DNA from: Spirochaetia bacterium
Lineage (GTDB): Bacteria > Spirochaetota > Spirochaetia > DSM-27196 > Salinispiraceae
Assembly (NCBI GenBank): GCA_038204425.1
Contig: JBBRCZ010000001.1
Coordinates: 384,001-448,000 of the forward strand
Reading direction: 5' to 3'
DNA length: 64,000 bases
Part shown: positions 9,437-18,164 of the stretch, piece after piece
Layout: each line of letters begins with the position of its first letter
Position numbering within the stretch: position 1 is the stretch's first letter
The notes under the pieces: model-generated
Databases searched by the model: none
Told to the model about the DNA's origin: nothing
The model's input: the letters and a program-made list of their open reading frames with translations, nothing else
Translations under genes and position numbers: made by a program

Positions 9437-10859
9437 CCACCAAGAGATTGATCTAATTCTTTCGGAATGGCAGATACAAGGGTATATCTTGCAGAATGTT
9501 ATTCAAACTGACTACGAAAACTTTTATTTTGAATGGTTCAAGAGTCCTATTAGCGTCTGGATGCACATTTGTTTGGCAAGTTCTCTTACTCGAATCCAGC
9601 TTGGTCGCCCACCGCAAAAACCAAAAGGCGCGCAACCGCGCTTTTCTGAATTTCTGCGCGCCAATTTAAAAGGGGCATACCTAAACCACTTTGAGCACAA
9701 TGACAGCAATCGAATTGTCATTTTTGACTGTTCTATCGACGGAACAGCGTATCGATTGATGGCACGTCTTTGGTCTAACAATGCCAATATACTTCTGCTT
9801 GATAAGGAACAAAACATCTTGGATGCAGCCTTCCGCCGACCAAGCAAAGGTGAAATCCAAGCAGCGCCCTATAGCGCTCCAATTAGGAGGGAGCCAAACA
9901 AACTTGCAGGGTTTAGCATCCGTCTATGGCAATCTAAGCAAGTAATAGACTTCCCCCATCCTTTTAATCGCTATATTGAGGAAAGTTACCAAAATCTTGA
10001 ATCATCCAATGCATTGAAGCAAATGCGAGAGCAATGTTTATCACTGTGGTCTCAGGTACTTAAGAAGTCTAGTAGTCGACACGATGCACTTCAAAAACAA
10101 CTTACATTGAGCAAATCTCACGAACGATGGAAAGAACTCGGCGATCTTCTTTTATCAAATCTTGCTTGCTATCAAAGTGGCATGTCGTGGATAGAACTGG
10201 AGGATTGGCACACCAGTACTTTGGTTAAAGTTCCGCTTGACCCCAAAATAGACGCTAAAACCAACGCAGAACACTATTACCAGCGCTATCGCAAGGCGCG
10301 GGATTCATTGGCTTTTGTATCAGAAGACCTACTAAGACAAGAAAAAACAATAGAGCAGCTTAAACAAATGGAAAGTGAGCTGCGAACCAGCTCAGATCTT
10401 GCTAAGCTGCGCGATTATAAAGAGCAAATCGAGGCTCTTGTACAGCGCATTAAAAAGACCACTGCTCAAGTGGCCCAAACACGACCAGGGGCAAGCTTTG
10501 TTTTGTGGGGCCACACGGTCTATATTGGCCGCAATGCCCAAGAAAGCGACACGCTACTTAGACACTTTTCTCGTGGCAATGATTTTTGGCTGCACGTGCG
10601 TGATATCCCTGGCGGCCATGTATTTATTAAAACTATGCGTGGAAAAACCCCTCCACTTGAGCTGCTTTTGGATGCCGCGCATCTTGCTGTTTGGTATAGT
10701 AAGGCAAAACACTTTGCCGAGGCTGATCTGATATATACTCAAGTTAAGTATTTGCGCCGCGCCAAGCACGGTGCGCTCGGAAGCGTTATTCCGAGCCAAG
10801 AGAAAAATTTGCACCTTAGGGTCGACTCCAAAAGACTCAAACAATTGCTAGAATCTTGA
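9426..10859 (+). CDS. NFACT family protein (RqcH/FbpA-like ribosome quality control factor)
   Basis: NFACT-N region, coiled coil with NAEHYYQRYRK, and NFACT-R (GRNAQESD, WLHVRDIPGGHV, AVWYSKA). Confidence 0.85.
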   Translation: MSLNHQEIDLILSEWQIQGYILQNVIQTDYENFYFEWFKSPISVWMHICLASSLTRIQLGRPPQKPKGAQPRFSEFLRANLKGAYLNHFEHNDSNRIVIFDCSIDGTAYRLMARLWSNNANILLLDKEQNILDAAFRRPSKGEIQAAPYSAPIRREPNKLAGFSIRLWQSKQVIDFPHPFNRYIEESYQNLESSNALKQMREQCLSLWSQVLKKSSSRHDALQKQLTLSKSHERWKELGDLLLSNLACYQSGMSWIELEDWHTSTLVKVPLDPKIDAKTNAEHYYQRYRKARDSLAFVSEDLLRQEKTIEQLKQMESELRTSSDLAKLRDYKEQIEALVQRIKKTTAQVAQTRPGASFVLWGHTVYIGRNAQESDTLLRHFSRGNDFWLHVRDIPGGHVFIKTMRGKTPPLELLLDAAHLAVWYSKAKHFAEADLIYTQVKYLRRAKHGALGSVIPSQEKNLHLRVDSKRLKQLLES

Positions 10860-10872
10860 AACAAATAAGCGC

Positions 10873-10901
10873 TTGTGAAGCCGACGATCATGTATCATAC
10901 T
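10873..10901 (+). promoter_or_regulatory. sigma70-type promoter, leaderless-type
   Basis: TTGTGA-N17-CATACT (overlapping TATCAT), 6 nt before ATG 10908; no SD. Confidence 0.45.
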
Positions 10902-10907
10902 TTGACT

Positions 10908-11732
10908 ATGACCGAGAAAGCAGAAACTATGGTTCGTGAAGCAATGCTTGAAGGAATGTTCTACCCCTCTGACGAGAAAGAACTAAGAAGTTTGGTAGCC
11001 TCACTTTTGGCACGTAGAACCCTTGCCAGCAACAACAATGCCCAGATCATCATATGCCCCAAGGCTTCCTATTTTACTAGTGGAGAACAAATAGCACTTG
11101 GGTACCTATCATTGGGCACCCAAACTTTTGATAGAATCATAATTTTGTCTGACACAAATCACTATCAGCATGATGGAATTCATTTACCTGAGTCGACAAT
11201 CTTTAGGACACCTTTGGGTGATTCCCTGCTTGATGAAGATTTTGTCAGAAGTATCCAGCAGAGTTCTACCTTGGCGGAAATGGATGATATTCCACATTTG
11301 CATGAGTCGGGCATAGAAATCCAACTGCCTTTTGTTCAATACCTTTACCCTCAAGCTCGTCTGGTACCAATTTTGGTGTCTGGCTGCCGTGATTCATTGC
11401 GAAGAGCCTTACTTTCAACTATTAAAGTAGCCAGCAGCGAAGCACCCTGTAAGCAGTTGATTATTGTTAGTACCAATCTTTCACTTAAACCTCCACTAGA
11501 AACGGGTCTATCCGATGTCAATCGCGTACTTACTTACTTGAAGTCAGGTGACCACCAAGCCATTTTGGCAATGACACAGAGAGCTATCAACTGCCAAGCC
11601 CTCTGCCTAATTGCTTTTGCAGCGTCACTTTCAATAGACAAAGAGTTAAAAATTCTGGATTATACTCATGCAAGTGAAGAGGACGAAATAACCAGCAAAG
11701 ATAGCACATTGATCTCTGCCGTTTTGAGTTAA
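10908..11732 (+). CDS. MEMO1 / AmmeMemoRadiSam protein B family, degenerate
   Basis: VRE..GMFYP, FRTPLG, EIQLPF and LVPIL motifs. Conserved His/Asp positions are replaced. Confidence 0.8.
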   Translation: MTEKAETMVREAMLEGMFYPSDEKELRSLVASLLARRTLASNNNAQIIICPKASYFTSGEQIALGYLSLGTQTFDRIIILSDTNHYQHDGIHLPESTIFRTPLGDSLLDEDFVRSIQQSSTLAEMDDIPHLHESGIEIQLPFVQYLYPQARLVPILVSGCRDSLRRALLSTIKVASSEAPCKQLIIVSTNLSLKPPLETGLSDVNRVLTYLKSGDHQAILAMTQRAINCQALCLIAFAASLSIDKELKILDYTHASEEDEITSKDSTLISAVLS

Positions 11733-11788
11733 TTTCAATAGTCGATTGCTTGCGAATTTTATAAATTTGCCCTTTGCGGAGACGTTTT

Positions 11789-13207
11789 TTGAACACTGAA
11801 CTGATTGCTCCATTGCTATACCTTTGCCAAGACGGGGGCCAACGCTTCACTGGAATCGATATTGGACCAGTGCTCAGTGTCTATCCAACGAGAACCAATC
11901 AACTGCAGAGTCAGAGCTGTTTGTTATTCGAACACGGTTCTATGAAAGAGCTGCCGGTTCATAGCATTGTTCGCCAAGATGGCCGGCTTTTGTTGCTGAT
12001 AGTAGAACACAAGTGCCTTTCCTGTCTTGCATTTTTTGAAACGCAAGACTCTTATGAGGCGACAGAACGAGTACTTGAAATTGTGGACGCACTAAATGCG
12101 CACTCAATGCCCGAGCAACTTTTTGTAAATGGCATGGTCATGTCCTCAATCATTTTGCTCGAAGAATCAGGATTCATCTTATTGTCAGGAAAACTTGCGG
12201 ACTTTCAGCGTTCACTCTTACCACCAGAAGAAAAGTTTCTCTGTTTTGAAAAGTTTCATAATCCTGCCCTTGCTGGCCAAACTCAACTAAGCTTTGCTTT
12301 GGCCGTCAAGATCTATCAACTTGCCTTTGGCCAAGTACCTTATACTGGAAAAAGAAGCGAGTATACTCACAACATGATACACGGCAATGGCCTGGCAAGT
12401 TCCGCGTTCGTGCTGCTCAAAGAAAGGGCAATTCAAGAGCAGTTTGACGCCTTGATAGAAGCACGCTTGGCAAGCTACCGTTTTGCTGATCTCAAAGCCT
12501 TTATTGAGCAAGTCAGGCTGGTTTCACTTGCCCAGATTAAACCCAAAGAAGAAATTCTGGCGGAAAGTGCCAATCCGTTTGTCAAAAGATACAAAAGTCG
12601 GCAGCGTTTTATCAGATTCAAAAATTCTCTCAATGAAAAGAAAATATTGGTCGCCTCGCTTAGTGTCTTCTTGATATTTGTAGTTAGCGTGCTTTGGTCG
12701 ATGATTTCTCCCAACTTCCGGGAACCTCTAACGATTGGTCTGGATGCCCATGACTTGGTCTACGCTTACTTCCAGGCTTTTGACGACTTTGACGGTGACT
12801 TTCTGCGCGACGCCTTGAGTAACGATGAAGAAGCAAAAGTCAATGACTATATAACTTCACTTTTTGTCTTGGAACGTCTGCGTATAGTCAGTGATGGGAT
12901 AGATACACGTATGCCCATTGAGCGTTGGTTGGAACTTAAAAAGCCGCTTCTCCATAGCAAAATAGTTTTGTTTGGTTCGCACAATTTTAAAATTGTCCGT
13001 GAACGTGTGCTAAGTGAACAGAGATTTGAATTTGAAGTCGTTTATGATTTTTACAACAATCTCAATCAAAATGCATCACCAGAAAGTCTTGAGTTGTCAA
13101 AGGTTTCGATTGAAAGGCGTCACGAACTACTAGAACTCAAAAAAATTGAAGTAAATCGTTGGGAGATTACTAAAATTGATCGCCTAAATGTAGAACTACT
13201 GGAATAG
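11789..13207 (+). CDS. Hypothetical single-TM protein with degenerate kinase-like N-terminal region
   Basis: TTG 11789 follows GGAG. LSFALAVKIYQLAFGQVPY resembles kinase subdomain IX; TM ILVASLSVFLIFVVSVLW; extracytoplasmic C-terminal domain. Confidence 0.6.
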   Translation: MNTELIAPLLYLCQDGGQRFTGIDIGPVLSVYPTRTNQLQSQSCLLFEHGSMKELPVHSIVRQDGRLLLLIVEHKCLSCLAFFETQDSYEATERVLEIVDALNAHSMPEQLFVNGMVMSSIILLEESGFILLSGKLADFQRSLLPPEEKFLCFEKFHNPALAGQTQLSFALAVKIYQLAFGQVPYTGKRSEYTHNMIHGNGLASSAFVLLKERAIQEQFDALIEARLASYRFADLKAFIEQVRLVSLAQIKPKEEILAESANPFVKRYKSRQRFIRFKNSLNEKKILVASLSVFLIFVVSVLWSMISPNFREPLTIGLDAHDLVYAYFQAFDDFDGDFLRDALSNDEEAKVNDYITSLFVLERLRIVSDGIDTRMPIERWLELKKPLLHSKIVLFGSHNFKIVRERVLSEQRFEFEVVYDFYNNLNQNASPESLELSKVSIERRHELLELKKIEVNRWEITKIDRLNVELLE

Positions 13208-14386
13208 TCCGACAAAGTACATTACCAACCCAGTGGCGAAAACTGCGGAACCCGAAATCGTGGTAATTTGGCCTATTGACTGTGATGTTGCAAGTTCAAA
13301 CCCAAACGTTGAGTTTCCAAAATGGTAGAAGCCGATTCCTACAAGATCCGCGGCTAAACCTAAACCTGCGACAATTAAACCGGCTTTCTTGAGTAGATCT
13401 GCTTGATCAACCATAGGTTTCTGCCTGATAGAAAAAACTTCACCACGCGACAATGGTTCGAGCTGATCAGCAAGACTGAGTGGCTTAGCGGCAAACGGAC
13501 TTGTTTCCGTAGTAAACGCACTTTGTCCGTCAACTTGGGACACTTGCGTTGAACCTTGCAAATAGGTTCTAACCAAGGTTGTTACATCTTCAGGTTTGCT
13601 TTGTGCATCAGGAATCCTGCGAAAGTCGACAAAAAAATCATTTTGTTTGGTGCTTGGCATGCTCACCTGGATCCTAGTTTTGCTTGGACTCCAAAATGCC
13701 TTGATCGAATCGGGAACTCGCTTGAGTGATAAGAAAACGGTGTCACCCAAAATTCTAGAATCCGCCGATGCGTCTGACGGTAAGATTCCTTTGTATACTA
13801 TGAAGGTATTAGCGGTGTCTAAACGCGCTGATTCAAAACTACTTGTTGCAGCTCCGTCTATAGGAACTCTGAGCGTCAAAAAGCCCTCAAGGCAATATAT
13901 CTGTGACTGTATGCCACCAGCCCCCCTAGATGAAGAAAGCACATCAAACCCAAACTCTGCAGTGGTTGTCCTTGCAGTCACCAAGTTACTGTTTATTGAA
14001 AAACGGTTCTTTGATCCATCATCGTTAATTCTTCCCTTAATGCGCCCATAGGTAAGGTTAATGCCAATCTCGTCGCCGTTTACTACAATTAAAAAACTGG
14101 TGTTCTCTGCAACATCAAATCGAGAAGTTCCAGGTAAGAACTGAATCTCAAGTCGAGTACCCGTACCTGTTTGAATAAAATCACCACTAAAAAGGCCAAG
14201 ACCAAGCAATTTGTCGTCTTGTGCTCCAAGACTAGTATAGATGCCATTTCTAAACAGTGAAAACTCAGAGCCTTCTGCAAACACAACTATCGCACGGATT
14301 GTACCGTCAATTGCTGTTTGAGACCATGAAAACCCGGTCAATAAAAGCGTAAAGAAGAATAGCAGTCCTATTCTAATTATTCTCAT
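13196..14386 (-). CDS. FecR-domain exported protein with C-terminal hydrophobic hairpin
   Basis: Signal peptide; GDFIQTG..LEI..F..G..VAENTSF, L.YG.I and YCLEG motifs; two Gly-rich hydrophobic C-terminal helices. Confidence 0.65.
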   Translation of the reverse strand: MRIIRIGLLFFFTLLLTGFSWSQTAIDGTIRAIVVFAEGSEFSLFRNGIYTSLGAQDDKLLGLGLFSGDFIQTGTGTRLEIQFLPGTSRFDVAENTSFLIVVNGDEIGINLTYGRIKGRINDDGSKNRFSINSNLVTARTTTAEFGFDVLSSSRGAGGIQSQIYCLEGFLTLRVPIDGAATSSFESARLDTANTFIVYKGILPSDASADSRILGDTVFLSLKRVPDSIKAFWSPSKTRIQVSMPSTKQNDFFVDFRRIPDAQSKPEDVTTLVRTYLQGSTQVSQVDGQSAFTTETSPFAAKPLSLADQLEPLSRGEVFSIRQKPMVDQADLLKKAGLIVAGLGLAADLVGIGFYHFGNSTFGFELATSQSIGQITTISGSAVFATGLVMYFVGLFQ

Positions 14387-14497
14387 AGTATCCCCTAGAT
14401 AAGTATATATCTGTTTGGCACTGTCATGCTACCTTGAATTATCGACACACTATGGCTCTATTGCCAATAGAATTGCTTAAGGATACTATTGAATACA

Positions 14498-15439
14498 ATG
14501 GATTTAGTTGGTGAGCAGATTAGTTTGTTGGGTCTGGATTCGACCATAGACTCCCTGTTTGTAAAGACACCGCTTCGAAATGATCTTGAGTATCATTTTT
14601 CACAAGGCGAAGAGTTTTTTATCAGAATTGATGCGCCCATCGATTTCCCTTCTTTGCCAATTCATCATGACTACCGACTAAAGAAAGCGACTGCGCTTGA
14701 GTACTCAGCTTACCGGCAGTTCTTCTGCGATCTTGCACCTTATTTGGGGCATTTTTTTGCAGGTATGCGTTACTTCTTTGACCCAAGTCACAATCAGAAA
14801 CCTTCCTTTGTTCAAGTGCTTAAGATCGAGGAACAACTCTATGCTTTTTTAATAAAAATTGACATGTCATACCGTGCCAGCCATGCGACGGTTACAAAAA
14901 AAGCAAGTAATGATATAAGCGCATCATTTAAGTCCTGTGATATCTTTTTGGAATCGGATCTCATTCCTTTGCGATCTTTGGACAATAAGGACGGCTCATA
15001 CATTACTTTGGCAGTCGATACCAGCATCTCAGAAACATGGGTTGGAGAGACTGGTCGTGGCTACTTTGTTCAGGGTATTTGGCTAGATCGGGAAATTTCA
15101 AGATTTATTTCTAAGCTCTTTGTGGCAAATGGTCACAAGATCTATCCTTTCTTTCCTTTGTTGTGCAAGTATAAAACAGTCTGTTTTCAAACTGTAGATA
15201 TGAGCCAAGATGGTCGTAAGCGAGGCTTGTCATTTCTTCATCAAGCTAGAAAATTTTTGAAAGACTATTTGTCACAGATTGAAGGCAGTATTAAGGACGA
15301 GGAATTTAGTGAAAATAATCCTGTTTTCGTAAAAATGAGACCTGATGTGCCCGTATCGCTGACCGACTACACAAAGACATTTAAGGTCAAAACATACCTT
15401 GATAAGGATGACCAGAAAGAATATGAAATCACATTTTGA
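14498..15439 (+). CDS. Hypothetical protein overlapping murD
   Basis: Long ORF (alternative start TTG 14489); no family recognised; 3' end overlaps the murD start. Confidence 0.7.
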   Translation: MDLVGEQISLLGLDSTIDSLFVKTPLRNDLEYHFSQGEEFFIRIDAPIDFPSLPIHHDYRLKKATALEYSAYRQFFCDLAPYLGHFFAGMRYFFDPSHNQKPSFVQVLKIEEQLYAFLIKIDMSYRASHATVTKKASNDISASFKSCDIFLESDLIPLRSLDNKDGSYITLAVDTSISETWVGETGRGYFVQGIWLDREISRFISKLFVANGHKIYPFFPLLCKYKTVCFQTVDMSQDGRKRGLSFLHQARKFLKDYLSQIEGSIKDEEFSENNPVFVKMRPDVPVSLTDYTKTFKVKTYLDKDDQKEYEITF

Positions 15440-16871
15440 TCCCTGCGAGCTCAATGGACTTAAGGCGACTGTAATGGGACTTGGCCTGCACGGTGGAGGA
15501 CTTGAATCTTGTCGGTTTTTGTTAAAACACGGCGCGCAACTTACTATTACCGATTTGAGAGACGAAAAAACACTCGCACCTTCTCTTGAAGCGCTTGCTG
15601 GTCACAATTTTAGATTGGTTTGTGGTCGCCACGAAGATCTGGACTTTAGCAATGCCGACCTTGTCATAAAGAATCCAGCAGTTAGACCAGGAAACAAATA
15701 TTTAGCTTTAGCACAGCGCATAGAAACCGACCTAAGCTTTTTTTTTGCAAGTGTCAAAAACCCGATACTGGCAATAACTGGCACTAAGGGAAAATCAACC
15801 TGTGCATCCGCCCTATTCTTCTGCTTAAAGTCGGTATTTCCTGATTCTCAACTTGGCGGCAACATTACGGTAAGTCCACTCAGCTTCTTGGATAAACTCG
15901 AGGCGGATGCACCAGTTGTACTAGAATTATCGTCGTTTCAATTGGGCGACCTGGTAGAGACGGGCTTGTATAAAGAAGGTCGCTTGCGATCTTTTCCACC
16001 ACGGCTGGCGATAATGACCCGCATCTTCAATGATCACTTAGATTACTACGGAACTATGGAACCCTATTTGAAGGACAAAGCTCAAATATTTTTGGGACAA
16101 AGCAAAGAACAGGATTGTCTATTTTTTGCAGAAGACGAAAAGACTACTCACTTTGCCAGTCAAAGCTCTGGGCGAGTTCACATGCTCGCCCTCCAAGGGG
16201 CTAAGTCAGGAAGCGAGTTTTGGTTAGAAGAATTTACGCCCAGCGAGGGCGAACTTTTTTCTGGACCGCGTGGCTATTACAAGAATCACGACTTGCTAGA
16301 AGAATTGGTCCCAAGAACATGCAAGATACTTGGACTACATCACCGTCAGAATCTCTTGGCAGCAGCCGCGGCCGCCCGAATTTTTGGCCTAAGCTCAGAG
16401 AAAATCAACAAAGTGATGTCAGAGTTTCCTGGAGTTGAACACCGACTCGAAACAGTCTGTGTCATCCATGGGAGAACCTTTGTTAATGACTCTGCGGCCA
16501 CTATTCCTGACGCTGCATTGGCGGCCGTTCAATCCTTTGGAACAGGAATTCACCTTATTACTGGTGGCACTGACAAAGCACTCGAGTTTTCGATCTACCT
16601 CACGCTTCATGAACATTGTAGTTCCATGAGACTTCTAAAAGGCAGCGCAAGTGACGCCATTTCAAAAACGCTGCAAGCGGCAGGTAAAAATTTTGAAGGT
16701 ATTTACGATAATTTGGAACTTTGTGTACATGATGCGTTTATGCAGTCAAAGGAAGGTGATATTATTATTTTGTCGCCTGGCTGCGCATCGTTTGGCCTGT
16801 TTCTCAATGAATTTGATCGCGGTAGCCAGTTTAAGGCAGTGGTAGAAAAGCTTAGCCAGTCGTTTAGTTAG
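15423..16871 (+). CDS. murD: UDP-N-acetylmuramoylalanine--D-glutamate ligase
   Basis: VMGLGLHGGG, ITGTKGKST, GGNI, LELSSFQL, DHLDY, HRLE, NDSAAT, SPGCASFG..RG. Confidence 0.93.
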   Translation: MKSHFDPCELNGLKATVMGLGLHGGGLESCRFLLKHGAQLTITDLRDEKTLAPSLEALAGHNFRLVCGRHEDLDFSNADLVIKNPAVRPGNKYLALAQRIETDLSFFFASVKNPILAITGTKGKSTCASALFFCLKSVFPDSQLGGNITVSPLSFLDKLEADAPVVLELSSFQLGDLVETGLYKEGRLRSFPPRLAIMTRIFNDHLDYYGTMEPYLKDKAQIFLGQSKEQDCLFFAEDEKTTHFASQSSGRVHMLALQGAKSGSEFWLEEFTPSEGELFSGPRGYYKNHDLLEELVPRTCKILGLHHRQNLLAAAAAARIFGLSSEKINKVMSEFPGVEHRLETVCVIHGRTFVNDSAATIPDAALAAVQSFGTGIHLITGGTDKALEFSIYLTLHEHCSSMRLLKGSASDAISKTLQAAGKNFEGIYDNLELCVHDAFMQSKEGDIIILSPGCASFGLFLNEFDRGSQFKAVVEKLSQSFS

Positions 16872-18154
16872 TCGTATAGAGCCGAATAGTCATACAGTTC
16901 CAGATTGTTATCCAAGAAATCAGTGAAAGCGACCCATTTTTTGCTCGGATGAACCGCCAGGCCAGTGGGTTGGTTTCTGCCCCAGACCCAATCAGTCTTT
17001 TGACCATTTGCACTGTCCAAGACGGAACTTGTTCCAAAATCTGGTCCGTTAATGAGGTAGTTACTTGGGTTGTTGTGCCCGCGACTAGATACAAAAATAA
17101 ACTTGCCATCAAGGCTTAGTCCCATAGTATTGAGTTTTGGTCCTACGTTGGCCTTCCAAAGAATTTTTTCGCTTGGTAGCGAAATGGCCCAGATTTGCCC
17201 TAACTCCATGTCGCTGGCATAGAGTATGTCGCCACTTGGACTAGTCAAAAGATGCCGTTTGGCCCCAAAGCCGAGCTTCATGCTGGCAAGTCGCTTAAAA
17301 CTTGACAAATCGAACTTATCTATATTGCCTGTGGAAAAAATAGCGGCATATAAAATTTTTGTATCATGATTAATAGCCATACCGCGTGGGATGCCCGTAC
17401 ATTTGAGCTTTCTGAGAACAATTTTCTTCTCAGTATCTATTACCGAAATATCCTCAGACAGCCAGTTAGACACAAAGGCCAGTTTTGAAGCTGAATCCAG
17501 TAGGATGACCTTTGACCAAGATCCTCCAGTTTTTATGCTACCCTTGTAGGCAAAGTCGTCCAAAGAATAGATATGCACTTCCGCAGTCGTCATCTGCGAA
17601 ATCCAAACTTCATTGTTCCAAGGCACAAATGCAAATTCAACAAAACCTGTGCTTTTGTTTCCCCGCGGCGGTATATCAATTTCACGAACAAACTTGAAAG
17701 GCTCGGTTTGGTAAAGGTCAAAACCAGCTCCAGATAGCTGGGCTACAAGAGCGTAGCTTCCATCTGGGCTAAAGATTACACTTTTTGGTTGAGAGCCGGT
17801 TGGAAACTCGCCAAGCAACTGCAGCTTTGACTCTAGTCGCTCAAGCTTGATTTCGACAGATTTGGTTTTTTGGGGGTCGATTAACAATGGAAAGGATTGA
17901 TAACCCCTAGCAAGCAAAAGGTAGACTTTTTTCTGATTTTTGAGTCGATAGCTACGCCATTCTTTGCTAGTTCTCAGCGGTTTAAGTTGGATGTCATCTT
18001 CATAGACTTGATACTCACTTGGAAAAACTTTAAATGAAACTATTCGGTAGCCGTCGGCAGCTCCAAGTGTAGCGGTACTAGGCGTCAGACCAGAGAACGC
18101 AAGACAAAAAAATAGCGGAGAAAAGAAGATGAAGCTTCGACGCAAGCGAATCAT
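16868..18154 (-). CDS. YncE/YVTN-type beta-propeller exported protein
   Basis: Signal peptide and repeated blades (TGSQPKSVIFSPDG, AFVSNW..ISVID, PRGMAI, QPTGLAV). Confidence 0.8.
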   Translation of the reverse strand: MIRLRRSFIFFSPLFFCLAFSGLTPSTATLGAADGYRIVSFKVFPSEYQVYEDDIQLKPLRTSKEWRSYRLKNQKKVYLLLARGYQSFPLLIDPQKTKSVEIKLERLESKLQLLGEFPTGSQPKSVIFSPDGSYALVAQLSGAGFDLYQTEPFKFVREIDIPPRGNKSTGFVEFAFVPWNNEVWISQMTTAEVHIYSLDDFAYKGSIKTGGSWSKVILLDSASKLAFVSNWLSEDISVIDTEKKIVLRKLKCTGIPRGMAINHDTKILYAAIFSTGNIDKFDLSSFKRLASMKLGFGAKRHLLTSPSGDILYASDMELGQIWAISLPSEKILWKANVGPKLNTMGLSLDGKFIFVSSRGHNNPSNYLINGPDFGTSSVLDSANGQKTDWVWGRNQPTGLAVHPSKKWVAFTDFLDNNLELYDYSALYD

Positions 18155-18164
18155 TGTCTATACC

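Noticed and set aside
14415..14430. TTGGCACTGTCATGCT as a sigma54 promoter
   Set aside because: GG-to-GC spacing is 9 nt rather than the required 10.
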